Of a stretch of 64,000 nt of DNA, positions 58,094 to 64,000 are shown in pieces. The stretch lies in the NCBI GenBank assembly GCA_965221905.1, contig OZ244922.1, positions 1,856,001 through 1,920,000 of the forward strand, in the 5' to 3' direction. Under the pieces are notes generated by a model. It ran no database searches. It had not been told where the DNA came from and saw nothing but the letters and a program-made list of their open reading frames with translations. Each line of letters opens with the position of its first letter. The first letter of the stretch is position 1. The translations under genes and the position numbers were made by a program. This stretch comes from Chloroflexota bacterium. GTDB lineage: Bacteria > Chloroflexota > UBA11872 > VXOZ01.

Positions 58094-58879
58094 CTACCAC
58101 CAACGCCACGGCATGGGGTTCTCGTAGTAGTGCACCGGGATATTGGGCAGCGCTGCTTGTAGTTCTTGAGCATACTCGGCCAGACCGGGATTCTCGCTCA
58201 CCTCGTGGCTGGTTTCAATCATAGGCACGCCCGATTCCCAGGCAAAGTGCATGCCGTAGTTGTCGCTCTCACCGGCAATGAAGACATCGCAGCCGTACTT
58301 GAGAATCGACTGCATGTAGCCGACGTTGACGAAGAGGCCCAAGCCGCCCCAGGGCAACCCGGCTCGCCGGACAGGCGCTGCCGGATCATGAGGAGTGGCC
58401 CGCACCGCTTCCATCCCCAGCGCCGACTTGACGCGCCCCACCAGCGCGCCAAAGGTGGTGTCCGGCGGCAGGTCGTAGGCCTTGAGGTACGGTCCTTCAT
58501 CGACCGCGGGTGTGCCAAGGCCGAGCTTATTGGCAAAGGCAGTGAAAATACAATGCCGATCGAGTGTTCCATGGACTCGAATTACTGAGATTCCATGGTC
58601 AGTGAGCAGACCGATGCGTCGCTGGTTGACGCGCCAGCTCAGGTAATCTACCGGAGTCGTGCTGTTTTGCGGGCGCCACGACGGAAAATAGAGGTCTTCG
58701 TGGGCGATTATGAGATTGGCCCCGGCCTTGCCCGCATGTTGGATTGCATCGAGACTCGCCATCCAGCACACCTGTATGCCGGTTACCTCCTGCTCGCGGT
58801 CGCCGAAGAGAACTCCCTCGTCGCCTCCCAAAGCGCCAAAAGATTCGATGAGTAACTGTAATACGTCTGACGTGCGCAT
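58094..58879 (-). CDS. Nif3-like dinuclear metal centre protein
   Basis: EVTGI, IIAHE, VHGTLD, FIAGE, SHEVSE; start at ATG 58879 (MRTSDV). Confidence 0.8.
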   Translation of the reverse strand: MRTSDVLQLLIESFGALGGDEGVLFGDREQEVTGIQVCWMASLDAIQHAGKAGANLIIAHEDLYFPSWRPQNSTTPVDYLSWRVNQRRIGLLTDHGISVIRVHGTLDRHCIFTAFANKLGLGTPAVDEGPYLKAYDLPPDTTFGALVGRVKSALGMEAVRATPHDPAAPVRRAGLPWGGLGLFVNVGYMQSILKYGCDVFIAGESDNYGMHFAWESGVPMIETSHEVSENPGLAEYAQELQAALPNIPVHYYENPMPWRWW

Positions 58880-58904
58880 TTCTTTGCCTTTCACTTTGCG
58901 TAAC

Positions 58905-58933
58905 TTGCACGATTGCCCCTGCTGCATCATGAT
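58905..58933 (+). promoter_or_regulatory. putative sigma70 promoter of the ceramidase-like pair
   Basis: TTGCAC-N17-CATGAT. Confidence 0.35.
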
Positions 58934-58976
58934 AGCGAATAGTGGCAATAGGGAGCAGCAAGGAGAGGTGCAGACG

Positions 58977-60311
58977 ATGAGAGAGGACGAGGTGCTGCCG
59001 GATCGCGCGCCACTCTGGGCGGGCGCAGCCAAAACGCAGATCACACCGGCAATTGGTGGCTTGCTCCAAAGCGGCATGACGGTGACATCAACGGGTGTGC
59101 TTGACGACCTCTACAGCACCGCCGTCGTGCTGGACGATGGGTCGACGAAAGTCGCATTGGTTGGCAACGACCTCATTTACATGGAAGCCTCGTTGGCGGC
59201 GGCTATCCGCGCGCGAATTGCCGCACAGACCGGCATTCCCGGTGATCATGTCCTTCTAAACGCCTCGCATACGCACTCCGGTCCGAGCATTTCCGTGCTC
59301 TCGCCTGATCCTGTAGACATGGAATACCGTGATTGGGTGATCCAGCGCATCGCCGATACGGTGGCGCGGGCGGATGCCGCTTTAGAGCCTGCTTCGCTCG
59401 CCATCGGGGAAGCGGAAGGCCTGTTTGCTATTAATCGCCGCAAGGTCGTGGACGGCACGTCCAGCATGCTGCCTAACTATGAGGATACGGTGGATAATCG
59501 CGCCCGGGTCTTGCGCGTCGATCGCCTGGATGGCTCGGTGCTCGCCATCCTCTTTTCGGTTGCCTGCCACGGCACCGGCTTTGACTACCGCGGCATCCCC
59601 GTGATTGGGGGCGATTACATTTCTCCGGCCAAAGATGAGATTGAGCGGTCGTTCGCCACGGAAGGCGCGCCGATTGCGGTCTTTCTTACCGGCTGTGGCG
59701 GGAACATTCGCCCGCGGGTGCTGACACCGGACGGCGACCGCTTCCATCCCTGCAGCGCAGCAGAGATTCGGGCGATCGGCCGGGGCGCCGGCGCAGTTGC
59801 GGTGCGTGCGGCGCGGGAGAGTCACATGGCAGTGGGCTATCCCATCGCCATTGCCAGAGAGCAGCTTCCGCTCTCCTTCCAAGATCCGCCCACAATCGAC
59901 GAGCTCAAGTCGTATCGTACAGAATCCGGCCGCAATCGCTGGGTCACGTGGGCAGACTACCTCATCGAGAAGCTGGAGAACGGCGAGCAACTTCCCAAAA
60001 CAGTAGATATGGAAGTGCAAGTCCTGCGGCTCGGCGGTGTCTGCATCGTCGCCATGGGCGGTGAAGTTTTTGTGGAAATCGGGCTAGCTATCGAGCGTGC
60101 GCTCCAGGAGAGCCACCGGGCGCAGATGGCCCTCACCCTCGGCTACAGCAACTCGGAAGTGGGGTACGTCTGCACCGCCAGCTCCTATCCGGAAGGCGGC
60201 TCGGAACCGGCGGACTTCTACCGTTGGTTCTGGTATCCGGCACCGTTCGAGCCGAAGACAGAGCAGTTTGTAGTGAGGCGCGCCCTTGCTCTCGCCGAGC
60301 AGGTTTGTTAG
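58977..60311 (+). CDS. neutral/alkaline ceramidase-like metallohydrolase
   Basis: GAAKTQITP, NASHTHSGP, INRR, ACHGT, GCGGN, GGEVF, GYSN. Confidence 0.8.
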   Translation: MREDEVLPDRAPLWAGAAKTQITPAIGGLLQSGMTVTSTGVLDDLYSTAVVLDDGSTKVALVGNDLIYMEASLAAAIRARIAAQTGIPGDHVLLNASHTHSGPSISVLSPDPVDMEYRDWVIQRIADTVARADAALEPASLAIGEAEGLFAINRRKVVDGTSSMLPNYEDTVDNRARVLRVDRLDGSVLAILFSVACHGTGFDYRGIPVIGGDYISPAKDEIERSFATEGAPIAVFLTGCGGNIRPRVLTPDGDRFHPCSAAEIRAIGRGAGAVAVRAARESHMAVGYPIAIAREQLPLSFQDPPTIDELKSYRTESGRNRWVTWADYLIEKLENGEQLPKTVDMEVQVLRLGGVCIVAMGGEVFVEIGLAIERALQESHRAQMALTLGYSNSEVGYVCTASSYPEGGSEPADFYRWFWYPAPFEPKTEQFVVRRALALAEQVC

Positions 60312-60382
60312 CCACAACGATAGAAACTGCAATTCACCAACTCTACGAAATCACGAGACTTGAGAAGCGAGGAAGGCGAACA

Positions 60383-61777
60383 ATGTCAGGTAGAGTCCGC
60401 ATGGGTGCGGCGAAAGTTAACATAACTCCGCCAGTGGGCACGCATCTCGGCGGCTATGGCAATCGCCGGCAGCCGTCAGACGATATTCACGATGAACTCT
60501 ACGCCGCCGCGTATGTGTTTGCGGATGACACCACGACGGTTGCCGTCATCGGCGCTGATCTGGTTGACTTTCCATTGGAGCGCACGCACAGCGTCCGTAG
60601 GAAAATTATGGCTTTGACGGGAATTCCGGGCTCGCATGTCATGCTGGGCGCCACACACGCGCATAGCGGCCCCAATACGAAAGATTGGGGAGCCGGTCTC
60701 CCGGGCGCGAGCGAGCCGTTTCCCGGCGGCATACCCACCGAAGAATTGACCTATAGCCTGCCGATTCTCGACCTTGACTACCTGGATGAGCTAGAGAATA
60801 AGCTCGCGGGTGTCGTGGCAATGGCAATGCAGGGGTTTCAGAACGTCGTTGGCGGCATCGGCACCGGGCAGTACGGCCTGGCCATCAACCGCCGCGGCGA
60901 GCGCAACGGCGAAGTGATCAACTGCCCGCGTCCCGATGGGCTGGTCGATCATTCACTGCCGGTGCTGCGATTCGATAACGATGCCGGCGAACCGGCAGGC
61001 ATCGTCTTCAACTACGCTTGCCATCCAACGAGCATGAGCGATAATTTCGCCATCAGCGCCGACTATCCCGGTCCTGCGCGGTCGTTCGTGGAAGATGTGT
61101 ACGGCAGTGATTGCGTCGTGGGCTTCCTGCTCGGCTGCCACGGCGACATTCGACCCAACTACACCGACGAGGCCGGCCGCTTCCGCTCGGCGGTTTTTGC
61201 CGAGCTGGAGCGCGAAGGGCGCATCATGGGAGCGGAAGTCGTGAAGACGCGGGAGCAGACACACCCTCGTTCCTTAGACGGCGTGGCGGCGGCAAGCACG
61301 CCGATTGTCGCGCCATTCGCCGAGCCGCCGACGGCCGAGTATCTGCGTGCGGCTTTGGAGACGGGCGCGTTTCCCGACACCGGCCGACGGCTCCCGTTCT
61401 GCAAGGCCCGCTGGGCGCAGCGCATTCTGCGCCAGATCGAAGGCGGGACGTTAACCGACGGTTTGGAGACCGAACTCCAGGTGATTCGCGTTGGGCATCT
61501 GGTGTTTGTGGGCTTTCCCGGGGAGTTTTTCCTAGAGTACGGCATGGAAACGCGTACGCGCGTAAAAGAGGAGTTTGGGCTGGACGTGGTGCACGTGAGC
61601 ATGGCGAATGACATGATTGGCTACGTTGCATCCGACCGCGAAATCCCACGCGGCGGCTACGAAGTCGGTTCCTACCAAGACGATGAGCTTGCCCCGGCCC
61701 ATTACAGAACAGGCACCCAGGGCCTCTTCGTCGGCAGAGCGCTTGAACTCGTGGGCTCGATTCTGCCAGACTCTTGA
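60383..61777 (+). CDS. neutral/alkaline ceramidase-like metallohydrolase (second paralog)
   Basis: GAAKVNITPP, ATHAHSGP, INRR, NYACHPT, SADYPG, GCHGD, PGEFF, GGYE; ATG 60383. Confidence 0.82.
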   Translation: MSGRVRMGAAKVNITPPVGTHLGGYGNRRQPSDDIHDELYAAAYVFADDTTTVAVIGADLVDFPLERTHSVRRKIMALTGIPGSHVMLGATHAHSGPNTKDWGAGLPGASEPFPGGIPTEELTYSLPILDLDYLDELENKLAGVVAMAMQGFQNVVGGIGTGQYGLAINRRGERNGEVINCPRPDGLVDHSLPVLRFDNDAGEPAGIVFNYACHPTSMSDNFAISADYPGPARSFVEDVYGSDCVVGFLLGCHGDIRPNYTDEAGRFRSAVFAELEREGRIMGAEVVKTREQTHPRSLDGVAAASTPIVAPFAEPPTAEYLRAALETGAFPDTGRRLPFCKARWAQRILRQIEGGTLTDGLETELQVIRVGHLVFVGFPGEFFLEYGMETRTRVKEEFGLDVVHVSMANDMIGYVASDREIPRGGYEVGSYQDDELAPAHYRTGTQGLFVGRALELVGSILPDS

Positions 61778-61990
61778 CTTGGGAGCAGTCCGCCTTCACA
61801 ATGGATTGCCGCTCATGCGCGTTGCCGGAGCGGCTAAGGGTGCTCAGTGCGTTTGGCACAATTGGATACAATTGAGGGGCAAGGCAAGGCGGCAAAAACG
61901 ATGTGAAGGCTAGGCTTGCGCGCGCTGCATTAGCTGGAACTCCCTTTTGAACCCTAACCTCCTCATGCGACCTTTACAGAAAGGCCCTGC

Positions 61991-62959
61991 ATGCAGACTC
62001 CTATCGAACCCGGTATTTTTCTTCCCGAGCTAGAACTCTGGCTCGACTCGCGGAGAGTGAAGCCGGAAGGGTACATTTCGCACGCTCACAGCGACCATCT
62101 CGCTTCTCACCATCACGTGCTCGCCACTGCCGAGACCATCGCCCTCGCCGCGCAGCGCATGAAGATCAAGCAGGCGCAGGCACTGCGCTACGGCGAGCCG
62201 CTGGAGCGCGACAATTACACGCTGACGCTCTTTCCGGCCGGCCATTGCTTGGGATCGGCGCAAGTCGCCATTGACGTCCATGCTACGGGCGAACGAATTG
62301 TATACACCGGTGATCTGCACCTTGGGGATGATCTGTTCGGGCAACCGGCAGCGCCCATTCCATGCGATACGCTCATTATCGACGCTACTTTTGGACACCC
62401 GGACTATGTGTTTCCTCCTCGTGCCAGCGTGATCGATCAGGTCTGCGAGTGGGTGAGGGAAACATTACATAATGGTGAAGTACCCGTAGTACTCGCCTAT
62501 AGCCTGGGCAAGGGGCAGGAGGCGCTGCACCTCTTGCTGCAGGCGGGGTTCACAGTGCGGGTGCACGAATCCACGTATGCGATGGCGGCGGTTTACATGG
62601 AGATGGGTGTGCGGTTTCCCGGCCGGTTAATCCGTTGGCACGGCAGGCGCGAGGAAGGGACGGTGGTGCTGATGCCGCCCCACGCGCGCAGGCGATCCGA
62701 GATGTTCGCGCTCACTCCCTATCGCACCGTTCTGCTCAGCGGCTGGGCGGTTGATTCCTCCTGCAAGTATCGAATGCGCGTCGATGAAGCGCTGCCCCTG
62801 AGCGATCACTGCGACTGGGATCAGCTATGCGCCTACGTGGAGCAGGCTAGCCCGCAACGGGTATTCACGATGTTCGGCCCGCAAGACTTCTCCGCCCACT
62901 TGCGCGAGAAGGGCATCGACGCCTGGCCCCTTGAAGCCCGCCAACCGGCGCTCTTTTAA
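61991..62959 (+). CDS. MBL-fold beta-CASP nuclease (ligase-associated DNA damage response exonuclease-like)
   Basis: SHAHSDH, AGHCLGSAQ, YTGD, DATFG, AYSLGKGQE, LSDHCD. Confidence 0.85.
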   Translation: MQTPIEPGIFLPELELWLDSRRVKPEGYISHAHSDHLASHHHVLATAETIALAAQRMKIKQAQALRYGEPLERDNYTLTLFPAGHCLGSAQVAIDVHATGERIVYTGDLHLGDDLFGQPAAPIPCDTLIIDATFGHPDYVFPPRASVIDQVCEWVRETLHNGEVPVVLAYSLGKGQEALHLLLQAGFTVRVHESTYAMAAVYMEMGVRFPGRLIRWHGRREEGTVVLMPPHARRRSEMFALTPYRTVLLSGWAVDSSCKYRMRVDEALPLSDHCDWDQLCAYVEQASPQRVFTMFGPQDFSAHLREKGIDAWPLEARQPALF

Positions 62960-63201
62960 AATGAACGAGGTCTGCGGCACGTGATGATTGGGAGTTTCAA
63001 CACGCCGGTTACTTTCCCATAGTTGTGCCTTTAGGTGATAATACACGGGATGCACCATTGGGAAGGGCGTACACGCGAGCGGCCATTGGCCGCAGCAGCG
63101 CAAAAAATGGCAGCATGTACAGTAGGTGGCGCCAGAGGGCCCAATGCTGCTTAGCGGTGATCATGCATGGCTTATCGCGATAAAAAGGGAGAGAAAAGAC
63201 G

Positions 63202-63987
63202 ATGGCAAAGGCGATAACTGAGGTGACGGCCGCAGAGAAGGCTTTTTATGCAGAGAACGGCTATCTCCTGATCAAGGGTCTGGTTTCTGCGGAGGGCATC
63301 GCGGAACTAAAGGAGCGGCTGGAAGCATACATGTACGACCGTCTGCCCATACCTGAAGGCGTCAAGATTCAGGTAGAGCCTCGCGTCGAGCGTGGCGAAG
63401 TGCCCTGGCCGGCACGACGCGGCGACGCCTATCGCAAGATCGATCGACTCGTCGTTCACGACGATTGCTTTCGCGCGCTAGGCACTTTGCCGGAAGTCGT
63501 GACGCGCATGCAAGCTCTGATTGGCAGTGAGAACCTGAAGCTCTTTCGCGACTCGGTGCTGATGAAACCGGCGCAGGTTGGCTCAGCCAAAGGGATGCAC
63601 CAGGATTCTCCCTACTGGCCGATTGAGCCGATGGAATTGAGTTCATGCTGGATGCCCTTTGAGCCGGCTACCCCGGAGAACGGCTGCATTACAGCCATCC
63701 CCGGCAGCCACAAGCGCGGCCCCGTACCCCATGAGCGCGTGCCGGATGACTATGTCATCAATGAGGCGAACTATAACCCGACTGATGTGATCGCCGTGCC
63801 CATGGAGGCGGGCGACGGTCTCTTCTTCCATAGCCTCCTGCTCCACGGCACCGCGCCAAACCTGACGGTACAGTCGCGGCGGGCGATTACGATGAGCTAC
63901 ATGGCCGCGGAATTCCGGTACACAGGTGATCCGCCCATGCCGAATTACCTGCGTATCTGCGGGCAAAACGTACCAGGCGGGGTGTAG
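63202..63987 (+). CDS. phytanoyl-CoA dioxygenase (PhyH) family 2OG-Fe(II) oxygenase
   Basis: FYAENGY, HQD, ENGC...PGSH, LHGT...R. Confidence 0.92.
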   Translation: MAKAITEVTAAEKAFYAENGYLLIKGLVSAEGIAELKERLEAYMYDRLPIPEGVKIQVEPRVERGEVPWPARRGDAYRKIDRLVVHDDCFRALGTLPEVVTRMQALIGSENLKLFRDSVLMKPAQVGSAKGMHQDSPYWPIEPMELSSCWMPFEPATPENGCITAIPGSHKRGPVPHERVPDDYVINEANYNPTDVIAVPMEAGDGLFFHSLLLHGTAPNLTVQSRRAITMSYMAAEFRYTGDPPMPNYLRICGQNVPGGV

Positions 63988-64000
63988 GATGTCCTTGTCC

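Overview
Gene-dense bacterial chromosomal window of about 45 CDS. Tat-lipoprotein solute-binding proteins with Ala/Pro/Glu linkers, an expanded set of DUF3604/CehA, ceramidase-like, sulfatase and PhyH enzymes, and the yvcK-gap-pgk and greA-lysS-serS blocks suggest a Chloroflexota-type heterotroph (inference). Housekeeping content is yvcK-gap-pgk, aquaporin-cimA, tRNA-Glu(UUC) and greA-lysS-serS, interleaved with catabolic or accessory clusters. Most notable: (1) a co-oriented glcD-glcE-glcF / YumC-type ferredoxin reductase with an altered NADP-binding motif / stand-alone nuoE-nuoF redox cassette; (2) a divergent comA inside an operon with a Tyr-less SDR epimerase, a DegT aminotransferase and a methyltransferase; (3) two paralogous SBPs flanking the tRNA, both ending in -EGGCIC; (4) a sulfatase-fold protein with Thr at the Cys/Ser nucleophile position; (5) lysS with no canonical start codon upstream of its conserved N-terminal helix; (6) a HepT-MntA toxin-antitoxin pair next to a 17-bp tandem repeat; (7) several REP-like palindrome families, one nested. 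No CRISPR array, rRNA, transposase or integrase was seen. All calls come from reading motifs; no database searches were run.
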